Assembly (NCBI GenBank): GCA_964035545.1
Contig: OZ037769.1
Coordinates: 7,235,929-7,299,928, forward strand
DNA: 64,000 nt
Direction of reading: 5' to 3'
Source: Bugula neritina
Lineage: Eukaryota; Animalia; Bryozoa
In this document: positions 23,101-34,394 of the stretch, piece after piece
Position numbering within the stretch: the first letter of the stretch is position 1
Layout of the letters: the number at the start of each line of letters is the position of its first letter
Translations under genes and position numbers: made by a program
Notes under the pieces: model-generated
The model's input: the letters and a program-made list of their open reading frames with translations, nothing else
Database searches by the model: none
Told to the model about the DNA's origin: nothing

Positions 23101-26100
23101 TATCCCTGTCCCGGCGGGGCAGTGCCTCAAAGACTCTACGACTGAGAAGGTTGGTAGTACAACCGGAGTCGAGCAGGAAAGTGACGGCATTGCCGGCCAC
23201 CTTTCCGGGTAGGAAATAGCTCTCTCCATGTGGTTGTACTTTCACCCCCCCCGCATGTGCTGTCCTGGTTTGACAGGACGGCGGGGGTTTTACCCGTGGT
23301 TTACGGGGCTTCCGGCGGCGAGGTTGGTGCCGGCGGGGTTTGGGCCTCTCCACTGGGCCTTCTGGCTCCATTTCAGTGGCGGGCTCCTCCTCCCGAGGTA
23401 ACCGGTGAAACCGGTTAGCGAGTGGCAGGGAAAAGGTACTGGGCCGTTGTGCGGGCCTACTAGTCCTGCGTGGTACCTGCCACTCGGGTAGAATGTTCCG
23501 CCGTGTCCGTACGGACAGACGACGGCGTGTTCCACCATACTCCTTTAGTTGCGGCCCGCGGGGAGGGAGAGTGTCCGCGGGCCGTGACAGTTTAACGCCC
23601 CCTGGTATTGGGGTCGTCCTTTCTGTCCCTGGTCCTGATCAGCGCTACTCCAGCCTTGCCCCACAGGTGTTGGGGGCATCCGCAAGGCCTGACCGGGGCC
23701 AGCACCGGCCAGAATGGTCACCAATTGTCCCAGCATCTCTACCATACGGTCCACTTCGGCTTCCAGCGGGAGGGCTTCGGAGCCTGTCGTAGCCCGAGCA
23801 GCGCTGACTCCAACTACTGGTGGGTTCCGTTGTGCTCGATGCATTTGGATAGCCAACAGGTAAGCTTCTCCAGCCTTCAGGGCATCCTCTATTCTGGTTA
23901 TCCCTTTAGCTCGTAGGTGATGGTCTAGGCCCAGGTCATTTAGGGACTGGACAAAGGCGTCATAAGTGTAACGCTCTTGGTGTTGTGCTGGCAGATCGCT
24001 ATATGCAATCTGCGCCAGCTTCTTCACCGTCGCGGCATGTTCTTGCAGCGAGGTCCGCGGGGTGCGGCACAATCTCTCCAGCTTGGTCCTAGCGTCTATG
24101 ACGGAGGTGCCAAAACGGGCCCGCAGCGCAGCCAGTATGCCGTCTACGTCCGTTCCCACTCCGTACGGCTTGGCTTGCTCCGTCACCGCTCTCCGCAATT
24201 GAATGAGGGCCACCCTATGCGGCCATTGAGCAACTTCCATTACCTCTCTAAATTCTTGTATAAATTGTTCGACATCTTCCGACCCAGTAAAGGTGGGAGC
24301 TTTCAAGCAATGTCTATAAGCTTCTTCTCCTTCATGATTCACAGGATTAACAGCATTTCTACGCTCACCTTCTACTGGGGGTGGTTGCATTCTAGCGTTT
24401 TCAGTCTCCATCTTTGATATACACTATCCCACCGCTGCCACCACTGTTATAGTTTTCAGATTTAGGGTTGATGTGCCACCAAGAGAGTCTATTTAACACT
24501 AGAGAAACTTCACCAGTTAAGTCGAGTAGATATCGTTATATTTAATACAAGAATACATAATAAAAATCCAATGTACAACAGTAATGATACGCACGTCTAT
24601 TTAGTTTACAGCACTATCCTCAACTGAGCTAGTAGCGCGAAGCGGCTACTATTACTTATAAAACAGCCTAGCTAATTGGCTAATACATTGTTCCGGGTCA
24701 ATACGCAACCTTGCGTATTGTGTTGCTGGTAGCTCCACGAGCCACCACAATAACTCACTCGTCATTGTGATTGTAACTCATTGTAGCTTCTAGACACTAC
24801 TAGGTATTCAATAAGTATAAGTATAACTGTTAATGTTGTTGGCTTGGTTTTTAATTTAACTTCCACTATTTATAAATATTTATAATTATATATAAATTAT
24901 TAATATTACTATATTATTAATAGTATAAATTAGTCACAGAATAAGATTTAATCATTATGAATTACTATTAGTGAATCATGATAATTACAATTAATTCTTT
25001 ATTTAATTTCATTATTAAATATAATAATGAATTGAAAATAGAATAAATGTAAGTATTTATACTATCAAAATAATTGAATTTGTTTGATTTTATAATTAGA
25101 AGTTCTATTACTATTAGTATTGCTTATTTTAGTTATACTATTACCAATAATGATTGCCAATGAAGGACTTACAGTGGTAATAATACTAATAGTGTTGAAT
25201 ATTATATATATGTGTGTGTGTATTATGTAATTTTCAATCCTAACATTAACATAACTATGAGTATGTCAATTCAAATGTTTATTTTTAACCTTCGGTTACC
25301 CTTCTTAACTTATACACATCAACTTTAAAATTGTTTGGTTGTTTATTTATAATGTATTACTATTGTTATTGAAATATATTCTTTTTACCAATAGTAATAT
25401 TATGTTGAATGCTTCAATATATCTACTTTAGTGATATCTGTTTTCTGATTATAATTATGGCTGTGAAATTTTGATATCTAGTCATTGTTTTGCTGGTTGA
25501 ATTTTATCCTGATACAATATAAATATAAATAGTAAAGTATTTGCTAACTCTAACTCAGTATAAAGTTAAGTTTTCATATAAATTAATGAAAATTTCAATC
25601 TCAAAATGCCACTAATGCCACAATCATGAACATCATTACTGAAATGTACTCCAGCTTAGGGTGCCATATGTTGTTACTCATCACGTTACTTTGCTATCAC
25701 TTGTTTAGTCATCTTAGTAAGCTCTACTGTTTCCTAAATCAAAGAACGGGATAGACAATATAGTATATTGATAGACAATATAATATAGTAATAGTTAGTA
25801 TAATATATTGATAGCTATTGCTAGGTATAGAAAATAATTTCAGTTTTATTCAGCAGTGCATTATTTTTATCTTAAATTTAAACTATAATCTAGTTTGTAT
25901 CACTTATTATTGTGTGCAGACATTATGCAACCTATAAACAGAATATTTCAAATGCATAGTTTCATTCAACTTTGAGAAAAATTAGAAACAGAGACACCGT
26001 TAGATTTCAGTAACGGTATCACCAGTCATGAGTTTTATTTATAAACTTTATGTTGCTGATAGATAACCTAAGGTTCAACTACTAGAGGGTTATTAATTTA

Positions 26101-29100
26101 GTCTGTTTGTTTTGTATTCTGCATAATTCAGGGATTTCATTCTCTTAGGTCATCAGGCAGACTGGGTTTATGAAAGGATTGTACACAGATAAAGAGCTTT
26201 CATCTGAAAATGTTTCTGTAAGTTTTTATATGTTTAAGGTTTTTATTTTATCATACTGTGTAGTTGCTGCATATTTTTAATTAATTTTTTGTATTATTGT
26301 GATTTTTGTGTTCTAAGTACAAGGAATATTTTAAGTAATGTTTATCTAAAGTAGTTACCTGACTTTTAGTAAAATTAATTAACACTAAAAGTAATATTTG
26401 CTAAATTTAAAACATTATAAATTTTGGCACATTTTCATTAATACTGCTATGAAGTCGTAGTAGAATTTGTTTTCTAAGGTTCTGTTTAAAAAACCATTCA
26501 TTTATTTATTTGTCGTATGATTGTAGGCAAAAGAAGATAAAGTAGCATTTCTTCAAAAGGCTATAGATATAGCAGGTAGTAATTTAATACATCATCTTCC
26601 TTTCATGGTGTTTTTTGTCTTTTTGTTTATTAATAGCATACAACTTACTTGGGAATTGCATGGAGTTACTGTAAACAGGATTCTAGTATATTCATTTTGA
26701 GATGTTCTCTTTCAGCCTATGCAACTGGTATAAAGCTCTCGGCTCGTCCTTCGAAAATTGTAGCTGGTTTGGAAGCTGAGAAAACTAATGAATTTTTGCA
26801 AGCTTTAGCTGCAGCTGTTGAGAAAAAGGTATGTATGTGCTCTAAAGGCATGTTCTATTCAGTGTAGATTACATAAATTTCACTCGTCAATGCAATCCAA
26901 TCCAATCAAGGTATCGCTTATTTGTAATAACATTCTTTCTATTGCAAAAGATGCAGGCATTGTAAACATGAGCTTAAATTTTAGTTGCTTTTAAGGCTCA
27001 GTTTTTTTTACTTTTAAATTCGTAAGAAGTGGTAAGCTTTTGACAACTCATTCATGCATAGCATCTCTGGTGGTAGGTTGATAACGAGGCTTGCGTGAAG
27101 AAAGTGTTGGGTAGTGGTGGCGGGGATGAGCCCTCAGCCAAAAGAGAGCACAAATCCAAAGACAAAGACAGAGATAGAGACCGTGAGAAGGAGTCTGCCA
27201 AGGAAAATGACCGTGAGAGAAGTGCTGATAGACGTAAGCGAAGATCAGATAAAGAGAAAGGCGAGGTTAGTGTTATACTCTGGTAAAATCAAACAGCTGT
27301 GTAGTAGAATCTCTTGATACAAAAACTTATTTGTTATTTTTTTGCATTATAAAAAATTACTAATCATTGCAACTACTTATATTGTAGTGATGTAAAAACT
27401 TGTATTGGCTGATAGGTTCAGAATTATATGTTTTTTTTGGATATTTATATTCAAAGTAAAGTCATGAAAATTCACCTTTTATGTTATGTAGCCTTCAAAG
27501 AAGTCATCCTCAACTCCTAAGGTAATGCCAGTCTTCGGTATGATTCTTGTCTCATTGCATGTTACTTGTGACTTTTGCATGCACCTTGAATGTTAGCCTT
27601 TCCATTGTATGTTTTCATTACAATAGAAGCTATTAGATCTCTGTCGTACATATCACTGTGTCTCTGTCGTACATATCACTGTGACTCTGTCGTACATATC
27701 GCTGTGACTCTGTCATACATATCACTGTGACTATGTCGTACATATCACTGTGACTCTGTCATACATATCACTGTGACTCTGTCATACATATCACTGTGAC
27801 TCTGTCAGACATATCACTGTGACTCTGTCGTACATATCACTGTGACTCTGTCGTACATATAGCTGTATCTTTGACACGACAACAAATTTCTCTCTTGCAG
27901 AAAACACCTTTGAGGCGTTTTAATGTTAGAAAGGTTGTTAAAAGTTGAATAATCCATTTTATTAAAGTTTGAATTTAGCTGACCATGGAGGATTTCTCTA
28001 TTAGTTGTGTTGTTTGTTCTTGATTTCAGTTCACAGTTTCATGTTGTGCTGTACTGTTTTCATGTTGTGCTGTACTATTCATGCTTCTATTTCTTTATAC
28101 TATACCATGCAATTCAAAAGTATTATACGTAACAAATGAATTGCAGTATAATTTGCTGCATATATAATGTTTTTGAAGTAAAAATTCGGGCATCTAATTA
28201 TCTCAAGTCATTGGCAAAACAATTTTCAGGAAAAAGATGAAAGAAAAGATCGTGGCGATAGAGACAGAGACGGTCGTAAACATCGGGATTCTAGTAAAGA
28301 TGGCCGGCGGGAATCAAGTAAAACCCGAGAATCAAGTAGAAACCGTGAATCTAGTCGAGATCGTAAGGACAAAGATTCCTCGAACCCACGAGATGACAAG
28401 AATGAGGAGAGTAAGGAAGAGAAAAGAGACACTAAGAGAGATGAACGGAGAGATGAGAAGAGGGAGAAATCTGGACGCCATCACAGAAAAGAGGAAGAAT
28501 CAGCACCGCAACCAGAAGAAGCTGCTGCTGAGGTAATAAACTTTGAGGTTGCATAGGCTTGGGCAGGGTGCTGTAGTTTATTGCTCTATATATTTATTAG
28601 ATGTGCAGTAACAAGCAATATTGATTTTGCATCTTCTCTGCATCATCATTCTGATATTGTGTATATCAGATAAACTTGTGTTTTCATGTGTCAATAACCT
28701 TTTAAAGTGAATTTGCTAAGATATCAGTCATTGGCATAAATACCACTAACTAAGCTACCACTCTTTATCCTGTACTGTAACAGCTATTCAGAATTTCAAC
28801 ACTCTTCAACTTTCAGTACCTAGCTAAAAGAGACCTAACTATTCCATATATTTGATGACACTTTGTTGAATTAAGTTGACTTATAGATTAAGATTTTTAT
28901 TGGTAAGCCATAAATGATAAATAAATAAATAACCCATAAAATTCCAAAGCACTAAAACACTCGTGACCATTATACCTCCTCCCTTCTGTTGGTGGTTATG
29001 CTGCCATACTATATCACCATTGCGCTGTCACGTGTGACCCTGTTTGTGTCATTTTAGCCACTGCTGGCCGCTGCCAACTTCAGTTTCTACTAATTTTTAT

Positions 29101-32100
29101 TAAAATAATTCTAAGCTATATCTATCTTATTTTCAGTCTCCGAAACCTGACGCTGATGGGAATGATGAGGTAAATATTTCCGTCTAGTATTTAATTGTAT
29201 TGTATATGTGATAGTTACTATTCTGCATGGTTGATTACTTGCAGTTAGTGTGTAATAAACTCTCTAGTTATTATATGATAAGTATGATGTAACTCTTAAT
29301 GCAGGAGCAATCAGCCAATAAGATTCCTCGCCCGGCGTCTGCTAAAGGAAGCAGACGTAGGCATAGAGAAGGTAAGGGAGTTGTCTTACTCTTAATCTGA
29401 ACGCAACTAGAAAATAAAGGCTGTTTGTTATCTCCAGAGTATACTGCTGTGTTTGCTGTGATGTGATATTTATTGTAATATCAGTTGTCACCTCTTTGTC
29501 TTTAATAACATGTGTTTCTAGTCTAACCATTTATTGTGCTAAACTCATTTATTTTAGATGAAAAATTGTTCAAATTGCCATGAACACATTCTGAGTTAAA
29601 ATTTATTTTTCGCAATTGTTCTGTGCAAGACGCGTGTATGATTAGGTATTTAAAAGAGTACTTATCATAGAACTTTACGACATAGAAAGGTGGCACAGCC
29701 TATCTGGTTCGTAAATGTGTCACTCCTTCCTGTTTTAAAGTAGTAACTCGTGTGTCTTAGGTGCCCAATATTGGCAAAAGTTCAAACAATTTTTTTGTCA
29801 ATTCATGAAACTATAGCACCAGAGTGGTGTTGTATTTGTGTGTCATAGGTTTTTTTAACAATTGTTGAAATATTCAACTACTTCATTCGTCACTACTCTT
29901 TGCGTTATCAGAGTTGTGAGACTTGCTTGTTTGTGTTTATTTTGGAGCACTAACCATGTTTATTTGACAGCTATGTGTTTTTGCCATTACTTGCAGGACG
30001 TAGGCAAGCTCCAGATGATCTGGAGGATGGTAAGACAACTCTCTGTCTTTTGTTTTTCATTTAACTCTCTTTATGCCAAAACTATACTTGCCTACAAGCA
30101 AGCTACAGTAGCCTGTAGTTACACCTAATTTGTAGTACTGTAGCTTTTAGCCAGTGTAGGTAATGTTTGATAGTAAATATACGAAGGGTAACATGGTGTG
30201 TGTAGTGTGTTAAATCTCATTATTGTAGCAGTAGAAATGCAGGAGTTATAGATACAGTGATATCATTTGCTATACTTTATAATTTCACAATAAATGTACT
30301 GTGGTGTAACATGCTGCATGTACTGTAGTTTAACATGCTGCATGTACTGTAGCTACACACAGCTCATGTACTTAAAAAACGAAGTTGTGCCATAATGCAG
30401 CCTTGTACTACACATCAGTGTAATACAACAGATTGATAGCCCTAGGCCCTTGAAACAACAGCTAAAACTAACACTAGAATAGCCTGTATAATGCTTGCGG
30501 TACAACTTTTTGTGAAACTATAAGATTGTGTGCTCTCTGCTTAAAAATGTAATCTAAAATTAAAATAAAAAGTTTAAAGAGAAATCCAACAAATAGTAAT
30601 CAGGCCATGGTGACATTTTAGACTATGTTTGTTCCACAAGTTTTGTTGTGCATACAACTCCTGTGTATCAACTTGAACCACTGTCACAATAAATCCAATT
30701 ATATGCAGCTTTAACAATTATTAAATAGTGCACAAAAACAGCAAAACATCATAGAACTTTTCATGATAACAAAAGTAAATTGCCAAGCAAATGAATAACC
30801 TATCAACAATGATTAAAGCCTTGTTAAATTATAGATATGTTGCATATTAATTTGCTTCTGCATGTGCTTGCACAAATTGCCACTGTCACTACAACTACCT
30901 GCTTACTTGTGCCATCTACAATATGCTTGCTAACTACTGGTAACTGCTTTCTTCTATAACAGTAGTTGATGCAACATTTTACTACTTGATTACCTATCTA
31001 AACTGTTTATAATATAGTACATAGTCGGTTACCTCGGACAATATGGTTCATTTTATAGATAATGGCCAAACGGACAAAAAAGGTAGCTCAGCCAATCAGG
31101 ACGAAGATCCTGCTGTGCCTCCCCAGGTTGAACAAGTGTAAGTGTGATGTCACTGTTTTTATCTCATGTTTATAAATTTAATTCAGTTTTTATTAGTTGT
31201 TATGAAATTAGGTTATTATTAAATATATGTGTATAGATAATCATTCTTTTTTAATATATTTGTGTAATGAGTAGTGCACTTGAATGTTGAATAATGTTTT
31301 ATAGTTATTTAGAAAAATATTTCAGTCTCTTTCTATAACATACAACCCCCATATGTAATATAGGTGTGTGTCATATTACTGTTATACAAATATAGCTGTG
31401 TTTGTATTATTTGTAATATAAATAAATTTTATATTCTTGGCATTGTATGTAATATAGAATTATGTTTAGTATTATTGCTTTTATATGTAATATGGTTTTA
31501 TTTTATATTACTGTTATTATATGTAATAAAGTTATGTTTTATATTATTTTTATATGTAGTTAAGTTATGTTTTATATTACTGTTATTATAGCCGACGTTT
31601 AGCAAGACCAAGTAGCGCCAGGCCTGCCCCACCTCGAGTCAAGAGACAAGACAATGTTCAAGACTCACTCAATGAAAGGTAACCTGTGTTAAAGAACTAC
31701 TCCACTAAATAGTGACTAATGTCTGCCACTCAAAGTTTCCTTTGTTTAGTAGATTCCTCCACTCTTGTACATTCCTGCATGAGCTTGAAGGTGGAAAAGT
31801 TAGTAGTAACTATAACAATGTTCGGGTCCGCTTGGAAGACTAAACAGATGTCTCCTTAATATGTTCATCAGCATCTATCATGCAGGACTCTACTCTATGG
31901 GCAATGAGACTGCATACTCATAGCAGTTTGAAAGCATTGTGGGGGCGTCACTTACTTTCGTAATAATTGACATCACAGTTACACTTGTAGACGTCAATTT
32001 AATTTGTAAATTATTGTTGCTATGTTAAATCTTTCGCCATGTAGCACTTTAATACCGTTAGCATCTATTAAATATATGCCTAATGCAGATACACCTGTAT

Positions 32101-33382
32101 CAGAAGGACATATATCTGCCTGCATTATGGAATATGATTATTGCACTCTATGGTGGTCTGATGTTGTAACAAAAGATATCCAGGCCTAACACTCCCATGT
32201 TTTGTATTGATAGAGTGGATAGTGCGAGGACGCAAAGGGTTGAAAATGTCATCATTGATAATGCCCAGCAATCGGGAGACGAAGATGACGATCATTTTAT
32301 GGTAGAAGATGGAGCCCAAGATCCTTCAATACCAGACCGGGAGGAGACTGTAGCGCCCCCTAGTGAAGAAGATGGCCAGCACGGTGCGTGTAGATCTAGT
32401 CAAAGTTTAAATCCCCTCAATCATGGCCACTAATGAAAAAGACTCGGCTGACCAACCATTCAGCTGGTTTGCTCATTGGTTTTGTTAGTCAAAAGTAATT
32501 TTTAGGCACCATTAGTTGTCGAATGTTGAAGCTCCAGTATAGGTAATGTTTCAAATTTAACTTGTGTGTATATTTAATTTAAGGAGAATATCAACAACAA
32601 ATAAATTTGATTTACATTAACTCTTCTTCAATTGTAAGTTCATAACCTATAAACTCTCTTTCACATGTATGTAATAGTGTGATACTCCCCTCTTATAGGT
32701 GGTTTAGTAAAGAAGATTCTAGAGTCAAAGAAAGAATATGATCAATCAGAACAACAGAAAAGTCAAACAAAAACAAAGATAGACAAATCTTCGGTCAATG
32801 ATGCAACAAGACACAAAGAGAAGGAGATGGTGAGAAAAGAGGTGTGTATGGTTTTCATTCTGTTTTCAATTAAGAAACTGGAATCCTGTTTTATGTAGAT
32901 GTACTGCTCTTTAGCGAAACAGTCTCATTTCTAGTCAATATTTGATTGAGGTGCCCAACATCTGCGTTCCTATTCTCTTAGCTAATCATTTAATTTGCAA
33001 ACTAAGTTTTACCCAAGTCTTACAGTTGATTCAATGTCCAGCTTTATTTCATGCAAAACTATGTTCGTTAGGTAATATGAGAGTTGTATTGCCGTGTTGT
33101 AAATAGTATATACTCATTAGATTTACTCATTGTCTTGTAAACTTTGTCCTGTAATACAGACTTGGTGATGAATGTATTCAGGTTGACAAATTGCGGGCAA
33201 GTATTCAGACACTCACAAGAAGTGCTAACCCGCTGGGTAAGATTATGGACTATGTGCAAGAGGATCTGCACTCTATGCAAAAGGAGAGGGACACTTGGAG
33301 GGCAGAAAATAAGAAGCTGTCTGAGCAAATCAAGAAGGAAATGGGGTAAGAATATATTTTATAATATATATGCAGTGTGTGT

Positions 33383-33476
<94 letters not shown>

Positions 33477-34394
33477 TGTGTGTTATATATTATATATAAA
33501 CGGTGTGTGTTATATGTTACATATACACAGTGTGTGTATATGTAATATATATATACACAGTGTGTGTTATATGTTGTATATACACAGTTATATTAGTATC
33601 AGTTCTATAGCGTTTCGGACACTGAGCCTAATGGTAACACCATTAGAGAGTGAACTATCAGCCCGAATTATTTCAAGAGTGTATGCACAACATTTATTAT
33701 AAAACCAATATGTTTGGGCATACTAGCCTGAAATTGTATTTAGTTGATAGCTAATATATATTTGAGTAATTTAATATTACATAAGTGTACCCTGTCAGGG
33801 ATTCCTTAATATCTCTACAGTAGTAAACATCTCCGTGGTATAAAGGGGTTTAGCTCTTTAATAAATCTTTAAGTTAATTAATTGTAATACTAATTATTTA
33901 TCAAACTTGTTCAGTATTATGTTGCTGATGGACATGTAGAATTTGTAAATCTTTCTGTTGTACACTGTGCGCTATAGATCACTGTACAACATTTGATATA
34001 ATCACGTATTATCATATGTTATTTTAATGCACTGTTTCGATAGTTTGGAGTTGGGGGTTTGGAGTTCGGACAATGATGTGTATTAAAATATTGTACTCAG
34101 TCTTCCCAACTCTGTGCTGCTTTTAGCTATTTTCGTTCTAAAGGCTGCCACAGAACTGTTTAGTTGACTTTATTGTATCACCCGCATGCATTGTTGTTGA
34201 GTGACAGCTGGTAATATTATAACGGATGGTGTTGTAGGGTGACTGACGGATCAATCGAACCTCTTAAAGCCACTCTTGCGGAGTTGGAACAGGCCGTATC
34301 TGATCAGCTCGACCTCATCGCAGCTGTTAAACATTCTATTATTGAAAATGATGAGAAAATAACCAAAATGTTATCTTCAGTATCAAAGTCCTAG
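17104..34394 (+). CDS. TRAF3IP1: TRAF3-interacting protein 1 / IFT54 / MIP-T3 (about 603 aa)
   Basis: Exons 17104-17229, 26149-26217, 26527-26575, 26716-26828, 27077-27265, 27492-27521, 28230-28532, 29137-29169, 29305-29371, 29997-30029, 31059-31137, 31592-31678, 32214-32383, 32699-32841, 33182-33345 and 34238-34394, with consistent phases. Motifs: [74 protein letters not shown] and [15 protein letters not shown]. Confidence 0.95.
18059..18511 (-). CDS. Gypsy accessory ORF3b (at least 150 aa; basic patch and C-terminal coiled coil)
   Basis: Overlaps ORF3a in the +1 frame; contains ERKRHR and the heptad-like [18 protein letters not shown]...[12 protein letters not shown]. Confidence 0.45.
   Translation of the reverse strand: MRVIVNATSAFLNAIKPLITDSARLSRLEQGFPSPRPIISGAADKLTQSANSPPHSPLRMPHTFPRVVLQRVDTNAYTLPPPLPSSERKRHRQPTSSRSSPWARNLREVEARAHDLEQEVYRLAPRVQAASSELKYLQESIKRMKRAARS
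18450..18956 (-). CDS. Gypsy accessory ORF3a (168 aa, acidic and Ser/Pro-rich), unknown function
   Basis: ATG-initiated ORF starting 18 nt after the pol stop, on the sense strand of an element with identical LTRs. Confidence 0.5.
   Translation of the reverse strand: METGSMPVDSELIQQIESELLGTTFHVNDDEDTVMADGLLDLELDTVLGQSTHDSSVPRVHSKSSDSQASNGRQSLELGCKDPPRSNTNSTFVDTLAPVSPGMPSLEMAWDSEPAPTTSTTRQLPPQLEATSNWITPATEREIRTHQGGESNRECNLCLSQRHQTTHH
18974..23590 (-). CDS. pol: Gypsy pol (protease, RT, RNase H, integrase), probably entered by a -1 frameshift from gag
   Basis: LLDSG protease; [14 protein letters not shown] and YLDD RT; TDAS and DH..L RNase H; HHCC plus D,D35E integrase with GPY/F. The frame is open from 23638, overlapping the end of gag in the -1 frame. 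Confidence 0.95.
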   Translation of the reverse strand: MSRPADTLPPRGPQLKEYGGTRRRLSVRTRRNILPEWQVPRRTSRPAQRPSTFSLPLANRFHRLPREEEPATEMEPEGPVERPKPRRHQPRRRKPRKPRVKPPPSCQTRTAHAGGVKVQPHGESYFLPGKVAGNAVTFLLDSGCTTNLLSRRVFEALPRRDRDRVRPYTGEHGTLADGSCIPFYGIIELPGRVRDQAVQETFIIGQLEEDAILGMPFLKQHQCRIDFSKLVVLMGGRELACVDKFGRPLVGGVQVVRNCTVPGRSRATIHCRVNSNRIARLGVVESAHEKIQLASSLNRLTERGEVLVQCVNPFTEPIELPAGSMLGRFHSVQEEDVGPSLGDATEAPPRHPIQGRGAVPTHLRELYETASGGCASNRERQAMAKLLRDYGDVFSSGEHDVGLTGVVRHEIPLTAGTVPVRQPTRRLGPEKEKEVSRQVRDLLDRGLIEPAHSAWSSPVVLVRKKDGSWRFCVDYRKLNSVTIQDAYPLPRIDESLDALAGSKYFSTLDLLSGYWQVPLSPDAQEKAAFITRDGLWKWKVLPFGLTSAPATFQRLMEQVLSGLHWKTLLVYLDDVIVISPDFETHVSRLQEVFERLRGAGLKLKPSKCALLQPEVKYLGHVVGRNGVATDPEKVRAVEDWVTPQDLTGLRAFLGLVGYYRQYIPDFAGIAQPLNRLTAKGVTWQWTPVEQEAFDRLKGCLLTAPILAYPDPTLEYILDTDASDQNVGAVLSQVQEGREVVVAYYSKSLSPAERNYCTTRKELLAVIKSVKHFRPYLYGRKFRLRTDHASLIWLCRRAEPSSQVARWLEILAEFSYRIEHRPGKRHSNADGLSRRPDGGCKQCLNIERRDGGLPRCELETLAHHGASFDWDQGQLRQRVDESPEDVQNLRTNPVLAGNVRELKKLQEVLPGVVADIYRAKREGRRPSEERIRQGCAEFRLYCQRWDSLRIGQDGLLTISLAASGRHPERKRVVCPTAIRRELIWDTHKQAHAGVKRVISKLRLRWYWPQMERDVRLRVKQCEICQASKHSRPPGEAGRRRLYAGRPWQVVAVDLVGPMPMTPRGNNWILVLTDHFTRWADALAIPDASAPTVARALDQHVFCYFGLPEQIHSDQGAQFQSQLMSDLCRLWGVNQSRTTPYHPQGNGVVERNNRMLGDALRSLLLGRGQEEWDTVLPQVMRAYRSTPHTSTGETPNLLMLGRETRVPDHLTYHVPEQDNSVHEYASELVERMKAAHDILRQQQWKVRHEDSDEPPLYQRGDKVWMVNYRRRRGQADKLKPKFVGPYVVVEAMPNHTYKIERSGQVSIQNESRLKPYWASPDGVGEAPPLLEPRRQTTTRGRRRHGPEYEVVIPREENLVREERQLLSTEACPPPPSLIPSLPETEPVPEVQTPTEGGAPSGEQEEVTTNGEVETPLEAPTNEPASVSPPLERGQRTRKPPPYLKDFICDCIRSGAHESLGENRTICWSCEPHANINFCEGGIVGGINARKANSSDLVSQKRCSAFSYADIAKGRRISQPAPTLPRTLSMDINTEFPGKPV
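23545..24411 (-). CDS. gag: Gypsy gag (288 aa, capsid-like, no CCHC knuckle seen)
   Basis: Lies directly after the PBS; P.F.G...VEQFIQEF...W capsid-type motif. Confidence 0.85.
   Translation of the reverse strand: METENARMQPPPVEGERRNAVNPVNHEGEEAYRHCLKAPTFTGSEDVEQFIQEFREVMEVAQWPHRVALIQLRRAVTEQAKPYGVGTDVDGILAALRARFGTSVIDARTKLERLCRTPRTSLQEHAATVKKLAQIAYSDLPAQHQERYTYDAFVQSLNDLGLDHHLRAKGITRIEDALKAGEAYLLAIQMHRAQRNPPVVGVSAARATTGSEALPLEAEVDRMVEMLGQLVTILAGAGPGQALRMPPTPVGQGWSSADQDQGQKGRPQYQGALNCHGPRTLSLPAGRN
27638..27867. repeat. 23-bp minisatellite, about 10 copies (ACTCTGTCGTACATATCACTGTG)
   Basis: Direct tandem copies without spacers in a TRAF3IP1 intron. Confidence 0.95.
33390..33473. repeat. (TA)n microsatellite
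   Basis: Directly visible. Confidence 0.98.

Larger units (their letters stand above)
17481..24749 (-). mobile_element. Full-length young Ty3/Gypsy LTR retrotransposon in TRAF3IP1 intron 1, antisense to the host gene
   Basis: 305-bp LTRs at 17481-17785 and 24445-24749, identical by eye. 4-bp TSD ATAA. 18-nt PBS TGGTGGCAGCGGTGGGAT (tRNA-Leu type, 24443-24426). PPT GGAGGGGGCAG. Intact gag and pol. Confidence 0.97.

Noticed and set aside
19170-24417. Many plus-strand ORFs within the Gypsy element
   Set aside because: Antisense shadows of GC-rich gag/pol with no recognisable motifs.
27638-27867. Regular 23-bp repeats as a CRISPR-like array (likewise 63595-63900)
   Set aside because: Units are contiguous with no unique spacers, there are no cas genes, and the context is eukaryotic; these are ordinary minisatellites.
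33595-33670. Second hammerhead next to (TA)n (CCGAAACGC on the minus strand)
   Set aside because: No CUGANGA core at a suitable distance; at most a truncated remnant.
33144-33702. ORFs with (YI)n runs (also 40827-41048)
   Set aside because: (TA)n microsatellite translations, or off-frame overlap with an IFT54 exon.
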